NCBI GenBank assembly: GCA_002483265.1
Contig: DLHO01000022.1
Location: forward strand, 18,308-82,307
DNA length: 64,000 nt
Direction of reading: 5' to 3'
Origin: Flavobacteriales bacterium UBA7666
Lineage (GTDB): Bacteria > Bacteroidota > Bacteroidia > Flavobacteriales_D > Crocinitomicaceae
Position numbers and translations under genes: made by a program. Positions 46,336 through 55,271 of the stretch are shown here, piece by piece. The notes beneath the pieces are model-generated. The model was not told the DNA's origin and did no database searches. It worked only from the letters and a program-made list of their open reading frames with translations. How positions within the stretch are numbered: the stretch's first letter is position 1; every line of letters starts with the position of its first letter.

Positions 46336-46845
46336 TTATTTTTTAAGTTTTACTAATGCTTCGTATAAAAGGTCTTCATCACCAGGTGCATAATTATTTC
46401 GGGAATAAACAATTTCACCATTTTCGTTTATCAGAAAAGTATGTGGCGTATTGTTCACCCCCATTGCTCGTTTGAAATCACTATTCGAATCCATCAAAAC
46501 TAAGAATTCCCAGCCATTTGCATTTACCAATGTGGGGACATTGTTCTTTGTTTTTTCATCGTCGAGTGATACGGCAACAATAGTAACTCCTGTTTCTTCC
46601 TGCCAATCGGAATAGAGGTCGCTTAAAGTTCCCATTTCTCTTTTGCAGGTTGGACACCATGATGCCCAAAACGTTATAATAATCGGTCCTTTAATACCTA
46701 AAGAACCCGTATTGACCTGTTCACCGTCCATTGTTCTCAAAGAAACGGATGGAAGTTTTTTCAACTCGGTATTTGCTGTCCCGTTTTGTGCAAAGGAGAC
46801 TAAGCCTATCATGAATACCGCGATTGCTAATATGTGTTTTGTCAT
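46336..46845 (-). CDS. TlpA family thiol-disulfide reductase
   Basis: Signal peptide, FWASWCPTC and NNTPHTFLI motifs. Confidence 0.9.
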   Translation of the reverse strand: MTKHILAIAVFMIGLVSFAQNGTANTELKKLPSVSLRTMDGEQVNTGSLGIKGPIIITFWASWCPTCKREMGTLSDLYSDWQEETGVTIVAVSLDDEKTKNNVPTLVNANGWEFLVLMDSNSDFKRAMGVNNTPHTFLINENGEIVYSRNNYAPGDEDLLYEALVKLKK

Positions 46846-46895
46846 AGCTATTTCAATTATTCTAAATTAAACTTTTACTTCGGTAACGCGAGTGT

Positions 46896-48911
46896 CTATT
46901 GAATTCTCATTCTTTGGATTCTAACCGCATTTAAAATCGCCAATAAAGCAACTCCAACGTCTGCAAAAACGGCTTCCCAAAGCGTTGCAATTCCTCCTGC
47001 TCCCAACACTAGAACGATTACTTTTACTCCCATTGCAAGAATGATATTTTGCCAAACAATTTTCTTGGTGATTCGTCCGATTTTTATTGCTCTGACGATT
47101 TTTGAGGGTTCGTCGTTTTGAATCACAATATCTGCTGTTTCAATGGTGGCATCGCTTCCCAAACCACCCATGGCAATTCCTGCATCTGCCAATGCAATTA
47201 CGGGTGCATCGTTCACGCCATCACCCACAAACGCAAGAATCCTGTTTTGGTACTTCAAAGCCTGTACTTTATCCACTTTGTTTTCGGGAAGTAAATCACC
47301 AAAAGCATCGTCAATACCTAGTTTCTTGGCAACCTTATCCACTACACTTTGCTTATCTCCTGAAAGCATAACCGTTTTGATTCCTAAGCTGTGCATTTCG
47401 GTTATTGCCTGTTTTGCATCCTTCTTGATTTCATCTGCGATGGTTATATATCCCGCATATTTTCCATCAATGGCAACTACGACAATGGTATCGACTACTT
47501 TTTCAATTTCGGCAGGATAGTCGATATCGAATTTCTTCAACAATTTCAGGTTTCCAGCCATTACATCTTTTCCACCAATCTTACCTCGTAAGCCATGTCC
47601 TGAAATCTCTTTTACTTTTTCAGCTTCTACACCTTTTATAGCACCACCTGCATAGTCAACTACTGCTGTTGCAATTGGATGAGTTGATTTACTTTCAATG
47701 ATGGCTGTAAGTCTTACGAGTTCTTTTTCGGTTATGCCCTCCGTAACTATCTCCTGAACTTTGAAAACACCTTTGGTGAGGGTTCCCGTTTTGTCCATAA
47801 CAACGGTATTGATCTTCGTCATAACGTCGAGGTAATTAGAGCCTTTGAACAGGATTCCATTTCGTGAAGCCAAGCCAATTCCACCGAAGTAACCGAGCGG
47901 AATCGAAATCACTAAAGCACACGGACAAGAAATAACTAGAAATACCAATGATCGGTAGAGCCATTCTTTAAACTGGTAATCAGAAACGAATAAATACGGA
48001 AGCAAACAAATTGCAATGGCAAGAAAGACCACAATCGGAGTGTAAACCTTCGCAAATTTGGAAATGAATAATTGGGTTGGTGCTTTTCGGCTTGTAGCAT
48101 CCTGAACCATCTCCAATATTTTAGACAATTTACTGTCTTTGAACAAAGCTGTAACCTGAATGTCGGAAACGGAATGAAGGTTAATCATTCCTGCCAATAC
48201 GGTATCGCCTTTGCCTTTCGTATCGGGTTTACTTTCGCCTGTTAATGCAGCAGTATTGAATGAGGCAGATTCGGAAACCAATTTCCCATCCAATGCTACT
48301 TTCTCACCAGATTTCACCTGAATTATTTCATCAATTTGAACTTCTGATGGCGAAACCGTTTTTAACTCTCCTTCTCGCAAAACATTCACCGTATCAGGAC
48401 GAACATCGAGCAATGCTTTAATGCTTCTTTTAGCTCGTGCTACGGCTAATGACTGAAACAATTCTCCAACAGAATAGAACACCATCACGGCAACTCCTTC
48501 GGAATATTCACCGATAAAAAATGCGCCTCCCGTGGCGATTGTCATTAGAAGGAATTCTGAGAAAAAAGCTCCTTTTGCAATGGATTTCACCGCATCAATC
48601 ATCACAGGTAAACCAACTGGAACGTAAGCAACCAAGTACCAAATGAGTTTGATATAACCTTCGAAAAAAGCAGGTTTAAATACTTGTTCGAACAAAATCC
48701 CTGTCAATAACAGCACAAAACTTATTGTTGCAGGAATATATTCCTTCCATGGTGCAGATTCGATTACAATTGCTTCTTTTTTCGGATGAGCCGTTTCATT
48801 ATTTAAATATGGTTCTCCTGTTGAAGCATCTATTTTTTCTTCTAGCGAGCAACACGTCATTCTGCCTTGAGCATCGTAGGTATGGACGTGATTTGGATCT
48901 TTATTAATCAT
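46896..48911 (-). CDS. cadA: Zn/Cd/Pb-exporting P1B-2 ATPase (CadA/ZntA)
   Basis: TGES, SCPCALVIS, DKTGTLT and GDGVNDAP; conserved Lys (GVK) and ADVG in the last TMs; N-terminal CCSLEEKI. Confidence 0.9.
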   Translation of the reverse strand: MINKDPNHVHTYDAQGRMTCCSLEEKIDASTGEPYLNNETAHPKKEAIVIESAPWKEYIPATISFVLLLTGILFEQVFKPAFFEGYIKLIWYLVAYVPVGLPVMIDAVKSIAKGAFFSEFLLMTIATGGAFFIGEYSEGVAVMVFYSVGELFQSLAVARAKRSIKALLDVRPDTVNVLREGELKTVSPSEVQIDEIIQVKSGEKVALDGKLVSESASFNTAALTGESKPDTKGKGDTVLAGMINLHSVSDIQVTALFKDSKLSKILEMVQDATSRKAPTQLFISKFAKVYTPIVVFLAIAICLLPYLFVSDYQFKEWLYRSLVFLVISCPCALVISIPLGYFGGIGLASRNGILFKGSNYLDVMTKINTVVMDKTGTLTKGVFKVQEIVTEGITEKELVRLTAIIESKSTHPIATAVVDYAGGAIKGVEAEKVKEISGHGLRGKIGGKDVMAGNLKLLKKFDIDYPAEIEKVVDTIVVVAIDGKYAGYITIADEIKKDAKQAITEMHSLGIKTVMLSGDKQSVVDKVAKKLGIDDAFGDLLPENKVDKVQALKYQNRILAFVGDGVNDAPVIALADAGIAMGGLGSDATIETADIVIQNDEPSKIVRAIKIGRITKKIVWQNIILAMGVKVIVLVLGAGGIATLWEAVFADVGVALLAILNAVRIQRMRIQ

Positions 48912-49007
48912 CTTATTTTCTTTAAAAAGGGCAAAGACCTCGGAGATGAAAAAGTCATTACTTGATGTTAAAAGCCTCTAAGACTTTGCCCAAATTTTCA
49001 GTTCTAT

Positions 49008-50234
49008 TTAATGTTCGTGTTCTCCGCCACCTTCGCTTTTCAACAAATGGCTTTGAATGTAGTAAGCGCCTTTCAATACAATTTGCGCATTCGCAGGAAT
49101 ATCTTGTAAGATTGTCACCTGAACATATCCCAATTGGGTAGTTCCTGTCTTTACCTCGATTCGTTGGAAGTGGTAAGTCTTCCCTTCAGTATGTTCATGA
49201 CCTTCTTCTTTTGCATGTTCTTCCAGTACAAAGATAAATTCTCTTCCGTCTGCTTTTACCACCGCATCAACTGGCAAAGCTTTTACATTATTTAAGCCTA
49301 CATCGATCAACGCATTTACATACATTCCCGGAATTAAAATCTGCTTGTCGTTTAGAATATCTGCATGAACCGCAACCGATTTGGTTTCATTTTCAAAGGC
49401 TTTCCCAATGCTAAAAATCTTTCCTTTAATTTCTACATTGTCCTGATTGGTCAGAATGAAGCGAACGGTTTGACCCGTTTTTACTTTTTGAAGGTCTTTC
49501 TCATATACCAATAAATCGACGTGCATTTTCGAATTGTCTACGATAGTGAACATGGGCTTTCCTGGTTCGGCATTCGTTCCAATTTTTACGTTCACTTCCG
49601 TAATGTATCCGCTGATTGGAGCTTTTACCGACATGGTAGAAATTGCACCGCCCGAACCCGACAAATTCAAGGTACTTAACTGTTTCTTCAATGAAGCATT
49701 CCGTGCTTTTTCTGTTTCGTAGTCTGATTTTGCACGTTGCAAGGCTTTCTTAGAATTGACGTTTTCATCATTCAAGGTTTTCTGACGTTCGTATTCGCTT
49801 GTCAGGTATTCCAAGTTGCTTTTAGACGTTAAGTATGCTTCCTGAAGTTTGGTGAATTCCAAGCTTTCGATAACCGCAATGGTTTGTCCTTTCTTCACAA
49901 ACTGACCTTCAATTACATTGATACTGCGCACAACTCCTGTAACAAGAACCGAAACATCTGCTTGGTTCTGCGGAGGGAGTTTTGTGTACCCATTTGCATT
50001 GATTACGGCACTCAAATTTTTCATTTCAAACGTTCCCAGTTCAATGTCTGATGCATTAAATTGAGCCTGATTCAATTCAACCTCTTTGGCGGTGATTGCT
50101 TCGCCTTCATGTTCTTCATGTGCTTCCTCTGTTTTTTCAGGTTCACTTTCACCTCCTGAGTAGGAAATCACACAAACAACCACCACTGTTAAAACAGCTA
50201 CGATTGCTATATATAGAATGTTTTTTCTTTTCAT
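49008..50234 (-). CDS. czcB: RND efflux periplasmic adaptor (CzcB-like)
   Basis: N-terminal anchor, His-rich HEEHEGE, barrel-sandwich hybrid, LIPGMYVNA and C-terminal GGGEHEH. Confidence 0.9.
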   Translation of the reverse strand: MKRKNILYIAIVAVLTVVVVCVISYSGGESEPEKTEEAHEEHEGEAITAKEVELNQAQFNASDIELGTFEMKNLSAVINANGYTKLPPQNQADVSVLVTGVVRSINVIEGQFVKKGQTIAVIESLEFTKLQEAYLTSKSNLEYLTSEYERQKTLNDENVNSKKALQRAKSDYETEKARNASLKKQLSTLNLSGSGGAISTMSVKAPISGYITEVNVKIGTNAEPGKPMFTIVDNSKMHVDLLVYEKDLQKVKTGQTVRFILTNQDNVEIKGKIFSIGKAFENETKSVAVHADILNDKQILIPGMYVNALIDVGLNNVKALPVDAVVKADGREFIFVLEEHAKEEGHEHTEGKTYHFQRIEVKTGTTQLGYVQVTILQDIPANAQIVLKGAYYIQSHLLKSEGGGEHEH

Positions 50235-50244
50235 CTTCTTCGAA

Positions 50245-53200
50245 TTATTGATTCAATAAGTATTGTAAATTGATAACTGCCTGATTGTAATTCAGAACAG
50301 CGCTCAAATAATTGGATTGCACGTCTAAGGATGTTTGAATTCCCTGAATGAACTCCACGTAGGAAATATCCCCGTTTTGGTAGCTTTTTCTTACGTTATC
50401 AGTGATATTTTTAGCAGAGGGCAAAGCCGAACTTTCATAATATTCCACCAAAGATTGATAGGTGAGTAACTGCTCTATCTGCTGTTCAAACTGGCTTTTC
50501 AATTGGGTGTGCAGGTATTCGGTGTTTTTCTGGTGAACCTGAACGGCTGTTTCTGCGGATCTGACTTTTGCACTACTGCTTCCAACGAAAATAGGAACGG
50601 AAACTCCAAAGGTTACGCCCTGAAATCTTGGCGCACCGTTGTAATAAACAGGCTGACCGTTCACGTCCTGATTTCCTGTAAGGGACTGAATGAAATAGCC
50701 CACTTTTAAGTCTGGAAGCATGGTGGATTTTTGCAGACGTTTGGAAGCTATCGCCTTTTGAACCTCCTGCATTGCCAATTCCATTTGCGGATTCTCACGC
50801 AATGCCGTGCTGTCGGTTACTGAAAGAGCGGGTAATACCACAAATTCACTTTCAGCAATGACGAAATCTGTTTGCAGGCTCATGTATGCTTTTAACCTCG
50901 ATTTTTCCATTGAAATCAGGGCTTCGGTTTGCTTAATCTGTTGTTGCAATTCCTGTTGTTTCACAATTGAAGTAGTCGATTCCAAAGGACTTACATCTCC
51001 TGCTTCGAACCTGATTTTTGCAGCCCGAACAAATTGAAGCAAAATGCTGTCTTGCTGTTTCAACACCTGATTGCGTTCCATCAAATACAACAAACTGTTC
51101 CACGACTGTCGAATGTTCAGGGTCATTTGTTGTTTGGTGAGGTCTAAACTCAGTTCACTGCTTTTTATGTTGGCATCAATCACGTCTTTTCGTGCGCCAA
51201 ATTCGAATGGATTGAATCCTTGCGAGATAGCATAATTCTGATCGAAAGCACGGGTATTGTACTGACCAAGCATTCCTGTGAGTTCTGTTTTTGGTAACTC
51301 GAAAGCCGTTGGTTTTAACTGGCTCTGTGAGATTACTTCCAACTCTCCTGCTTGTACCTGCTGATTGTTTTTCAATCCTGCTTCAATGGCAGATTGCAGG
51401 GTTAGCGTGGGAACGTCTTGTGATTGTGCAAAACCTGCAAACAATGTGAATCCAATAATCAATGTAACAGCTTTTGCACCACCTTGTTTGATTTTACGGG
51501 ACAACCCTTTTTCAAAATAGAAATAGAGGATGGGAAGTACAATCAGGGTCAATAAGGTAGCAGAGATCAATCCTCCGATCACGACTGTTGCCAACGGTTT
51601 TTGAACTTCAGCTCCTGCACTGGTACTCAATGCCATTGGTAAGAAGCCTAAAGATGCAACTGCGGCTGTGAGGATTACAGGGCGTAAACGCACTTTCGTT
51701 CCTTCATGGATTCGGTGAACTACATCATTCATACCCTCAGATTTTAATTGATTGAAATAACCGATCAGAACAATACCGTTTAGAACTGCTACTCCAAACA
51801 GGGCAATAAATCCAACACCTGCGGAAATACTGAAAGGCATATCTCGTAACCAAAGTGCAAAGACACCTCCAATAGCGGAGAATGGAATTGCGGTAAAGAT
51901 CAGTAACGATTGTTTCATGGAACGGAACGTAAAATAGAGTAATACAAAAATCAAGAGCAAGGCAACTGGAACAGCAATGGAAAGTCGTGCTGATGCTTCT
52001 ACCAAGTTTTCAAACTGTCCGCCATAAGTAACATAATAACCTGCGGGTAATTTCAGTTTTTTATCCAATTTTTGCTGAATTTCGTCTACCACACTTTTAA
52101 CGTCCCGACCTCTTACGTTGAAGCCGACTACAATTCTACGTTTTCCGTCTTCACGGCTAATCTGCATCGGTCCTGGTTCGTAATCAATGTCTGCAACCTG
52201 TTCCAATGGAATCTGACTTCCCGAAGGAAGCGTAATAAACAGCGTTTTCAAGTTTGAAATATCGCTTCTGCTTTCCGCAGCTAAACGCAACACCATGTCG
52301 AAACGTTTTTCACCCTCGTAAACAACGCCTGTTTTCTCTCCTGCGAACCCAATACGAACTACCTTGTTCAAATCGCCTACGTTCAATCCGTAAAGTGCCA
52401 GTTTATCTTTGTTATACCGAACCGAAATTTGAGGTAGTCCAGCCACTCGTTCGGCTTTGGCATCGGCAACACCGTTGATACTTTTAATGATGTTCAGTAC
52501 TTCGTCGCCTTTACTCACGAGCATGTCCAAATCTTCCCCGTAGATTTTTACGGCTACATCACTTCGAACACCCGTCATCAATTCGTTGAATCGCATTTGA
52601 ATAGGCTGTGAAAATTCGGTGGTAACTCCTGGAATATCAGCTAATGCTTCTTCCATTTTCTCCATGAGTTCTTCTTTCGTTTCCGCAGAAGTCCATTCGT
52701 CTCTGTCTTTCAGAAGGATAATCATATCTCCTGCTTCCATCGGCATGGGATCGGTAGGAATTTCAGCACTCCCGATTTTGGTAACAATCATTTTGATTTC
52801 AGGAAACTTGCTTTTCAGGATCTTTTCCGCTTTGGTGGTAGATTCAATTTCTTGTGAAAGCGAACTTCCCGAAGCAATAATCAAGTGCGTTGCAATGTCT
52901 CCTTCATCCAACGTAGGAATGAATTCTCCACCCATTTTACCGAACAGGACAAACGCTATCACTAACAAACCAATGGCAATCGATACGATCAACGATTTTG
53001 CCTGCAATGCTTTGGTTAATGCAGGTTGATACACTCTTTGCAATGCATCAATAATACGGTCGCTGATGTTTTTCTTATGACCTGTTTGTTTTTTCAAGGC
53101 TAGTGAAGCCATCATGGGAACATAAGTCAGTGATAAAAGGAACGCTCCGAGAATGGCAAACGAAACGGTTTGTGCCATTGGTCCGAACATCTTTCCTTCA

Positions 53201-54603
53201 ATACCAACCAAGGCAAGGATTGGCAAATAAACAATCAGGATAATGATTTCACCGAACGCTGCACTGCTTCTGATTTTTGACGAAGCTGTGTAAACTTCTG
53301 CATCCATTTCCTCTGCGGAAAGGATTCTACTTATTTTATCGCTTTGAAGTCGGTGAATGATCGCTTCTACGATAATTACCGCACCATCTACAATTAATCC
53401 GAAATCAATTGCCCCCAAACTCATTAAATTCCCGCTCACACCAAACAGGTGCATCATGCTAACGGCAAACAACAATGAAAGCGGAATGACCGAAGCCACC
53501 ACCAAACCTGCCCGCCAGTTCCCCAACAGCAATACGAGAATGAAAATAACAATCAATGCTCCTTCAATGAGGTTGGTTTGAACCGTTCCAATGGCTTTGT
53601 CTACCAATTTGGTGCGATCCATGAATGCTTCAATTTCAACTCCTTCGGGCAGAGATTTTTTAATCTGCTCCATTTTGTCTTTCACACGGGAAACGACTTC
53701 GGCGCTGTTTTCGCCTTTGAGCATCATCGCCATACCGCTTACTTCTTCACCGTGTCCGTCTTTGGTAACTGCTCCAAAACGAATACTGCTTCCCATCTGT
53801 ACTGTTGCCACATCACGAATTAGGATTGGAATGCCGTTTTGGTTTTTTACAACGATTTTGCTGATGTCCTCGAGACTCGTAACCATACCCACACCCCGAA
53901 TGAAATAGGCATACGGTTTTTTGTCGATGTATGCACCACCCGTGTTTTCATTGTTCTTTTCCAATGCGTCGAATACCTCGCTGATAGTGGTATTCATACT
54001 TTTCAGTTTGTCGGGCTGAATGGCAATTTCATATTGCTTCAAACTTCCACCAAGAGTATTTACTTCTGCAACGCCTGGTGTACCCAATAATTGAGGTCTG
54101 ATGATCCAATCCTGAATGGTACGAAGGTCGGTAGCATTGTACTTGTCTTCGTAGCCTTTTTTCGGGAAAACAACGTATTGGTAAATCTCGCCCAAACCTG
54201 TACTTACTGGCGCAATTTCGGGACTTCCCAAACCTTTAGGGATGGTGTTTTCTGCTTCTTTTAAGCGTTCATTGATTTGGGCACGTGCCCAGTAAATGTC
54301 TACATCTTCTTCAAAAACAACGGTTACCACACTCAATCCGAAACGACTGATGGAACGTAACTCTACCACCTTCGGGATTGGTTTTACCGAAATCTCGATT
54401 GGATAGGTAATGAATTGTTCCACTTCCTGCGTGGAAAGTGTGGGTGAAGATGTAATAATTTGCACCTGATTGTTGGTTATATCAGGTAATGCATCGATTG
54501 GGAGTCTGCTAAGTGAATAGCTTCCTACCGCAATCAATGCCAAGGTGAATAAGCCAATGATGAACTTATTCTTGATACTAAATTGAATGACTTTATCTAA
54601 CAT
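50245..54603 (-). CDS. czcA: CzcA-family heavy-metal RND transporter fused to a C-terminal TolC-like outer-membrane factor
   Basis: LPIDALPDITNNQVQI, GAIDFGLIVDGAVIIVE (CzcA acidic signature), RLRPVILT and QKPLATVVIGG; about 390-aa OMF domain after the last TM. ORF track starts at 54681. Confidence 0.92.
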   Translation of the reverse strand: MLDKVIQFSIKNKFIIGLFTLALIAVGSYSLSRLPIDALPDITNNQVQIITSSPTLSTQEVEQFITYPIEISVKPIPKVVELRSISRFGLSVVTVVFEEDVDIYWARAQINERLKEAENTIPKGLGSPEIAPVSTGLGEIYQYVVFPKKGYEDKYNATDLRTIQDWIIRPQLLGTPGVAEVNTLGGSLKQYEIAIQPDKLKSMNTTISEVFDALEKNNENTGGAYIDKKPYAYFIRGVGMVTSLEDISKIVVKNQNGIPILIRDVATVQMGSSIRFGAVTKDGHGEEVSGMAMMLKGENSAEVVSRVKDKMEQIKKSLPEGVEIEAFMDRTKLVDKAIGTVQTNLIEGALIVIFILVLLLGNWRAGLVVASVIPLSLLFAVSMMHLFGVSGNLMSLGAIDFGLIVDGAVIIVEAIIHRLQSDKISRILSAEEMDAEVYTASSKIRSSAAFGEIIILIVYLPILALVGIEGKMFGPMAQTVSFAILGAFLLSLTYVPMMASLALKKQTGHKKNISDRIIDALQRVYQPALTKALQAKSLIVSIAIGLLVIAFVLFGKMGGEFIPTLDEGDIATHLIIASGSSLSQEIESTTKAEKILKSKFPEIKMIVTKIGSAEIPTDPMPMEAGDMIILLKDRDEWTSAETKEELMEKMEEALADIPGVTTEFSQPIQMRFNELMTGVRSDVAVKIYGEDLDMLVSKGDEVLNIIKSINGVADAKAERVAGLPQISVRYNKDKLALYGLNVGDLNKVVRIGFAGEKTGVVYEGEKRFDMVLRLAAESRSDISNLKTLFITLPSGSQIPLEQVADIDYEPGPMQISREDGKRRIVVGFNVRGRDVKSVVDEIQQKLDKKLKLPAGYYVTYGGQFENLVEASARLSIAVPVALLLIFVLLYFTFRSMKQSLLIFTAIPFSAIGGVFALWLRDMPFSISAGVGFIALFGVAVLNGIVLIGYFNQLKSEGMNDVVHRIHEGTKVRLRPVILTAAVASLGFLPMALSTSAGAEVQKPLATVVIGGLISATLLTLIVLPILYFYFEKGLSRKIKQGGAKAVTLIIGFTLFAGFAQSQDVPTLTLQSAIEAGLKNNQQVQAGELEVISQSQLKPTAFELPKTELTGMLGQYNTRAFDQNYAISQGFNPFEFGARKDVIDANIKSSELSLDLTKQQMTLNIRQSWNSLLYLMERNQVLKQQDSILLQFVRAAKIRFEAGDVSPLESTTSIVKQQELQQQIKQTEALISMEKSRLKAYMSLQTDFVIAESEFVVLPALSVTDSTALRENPQMELAMQEVQKAIASKRLQKSTMLPDLKVGYFIQSLTGNQDVNGQPVYYNGAPRFQGVTFGVSVPIFVGSSSAKVRSAETAVQVHQKNTEYLHTQLKSQFEQQIEQLLTYQSLVEYYESSALPSAKNITDNVRKSYQNGDISYVEFIQGIQTSLDVQSNYLSAVLNYNQAVINLQYLLNQ

Positions 54604-54700
54604 GATGAATAGTCTAATCGTAAAACAATAGTCGGCAAACAAATTGCACGACTGCACAAGACATTCAAAGCCCTGCAACAATTATCTAATAAACGATTAG
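54604..54700 (-). promoter_or_regulatory. Structured leader-czcA intergenic region, putative translational control element
   Basis: 8-bp stem 54693-54700/54614-54621 containing the leader stop codon, plus an internal AGTCG-T-GCAA/TTGC-CGACT hairpin. Confidence 0.45.
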
Positions 54701-55089
54701 CTCAATTTTGGCGGTTGCCAAATAGCGGAATGAAATTCGGAAAATATGGATTGGTAAGGAGGCACAGGTGATTTTTGTACAACTAGCAGATGATCCTGAG
54801 AAATCACTTCCAATGTGGCTTTCTTTTCCAAAACAAATGTCAGAGAAACCAACACATGATCGTGGTTTGTCGGGCAGTTGTCTTGTTCGTGATGCTCCTT
54901 GCTTTTGTGATGACCTTCACTTAAATGCTCACCAACGAAATCTATAAAACTCAATTGGTGATGTTCTTCGTTGTGATGGTTGTAATGCGAAATGAATTTG
55001 GGAATAAAAGAAAAGGCATGAGCTGTTTCTCCGGGAAACATAATCACCAGAATCAGAAACAGTATGCTTGTCTTTTTCAAAAGATTCAT
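54697..55089 (-). CDS. His-rich exported leader-like protein ending IWQPPKLS
   Basis: Hydrophobic N-terminus; HYNHHNEEHH and HHKSKEHHEQDNCPTNHDH; TATCTTCG box upstream supports the start at 55089 (ORF track 55128). Confidence 0.8.
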   Translation of the reverse strand: MNLLKKTSILFLILVIMFPGETAHAFSFIPKFISHYNHHNEEHHQLSFIDFVGEHLSEGHHKSKEHHEQDNCPTNHDHVLVSLTFVLEKKATLEVISQDHLLVVQKSPVPPYQSIFSEFHSAIWQPPKLS

Positions 55090-55159
55090 TGTTAGCGAAG
55101 ATAGTGATTTTTTGATTTGATGAGACACTTGTTATAAAGAAGGGATTGAGTAGGTTTTT

Positions 55160-55207
55160 AATAAAAAGACAACTGCCCACCAATTGGTGGGCAGTTGTCT
55201 TTTTATT
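55160..55207. terminator. 48-bp perfect palindrome, bidirectional terminator-like
   Basis: AATAAAAAGACAACTGCCCACCAA|TTGGTGGGCAGTTGTCTTTTTATT. Confidence 0.8.
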
Positions 55208-55271
55208 GTTTCGTGACCCCTGATGAGTCGGTTCTAACTTTCCAATAGAAGATTTAGAACCGACTTTAGAA

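Noticed and set aside
55208-55268. Hammerhead ribozyme (CTGATGAG + stem)
   Set aside because: No GAAA follows stem II on the same strand; CGAAAC lies on the opposite strand.
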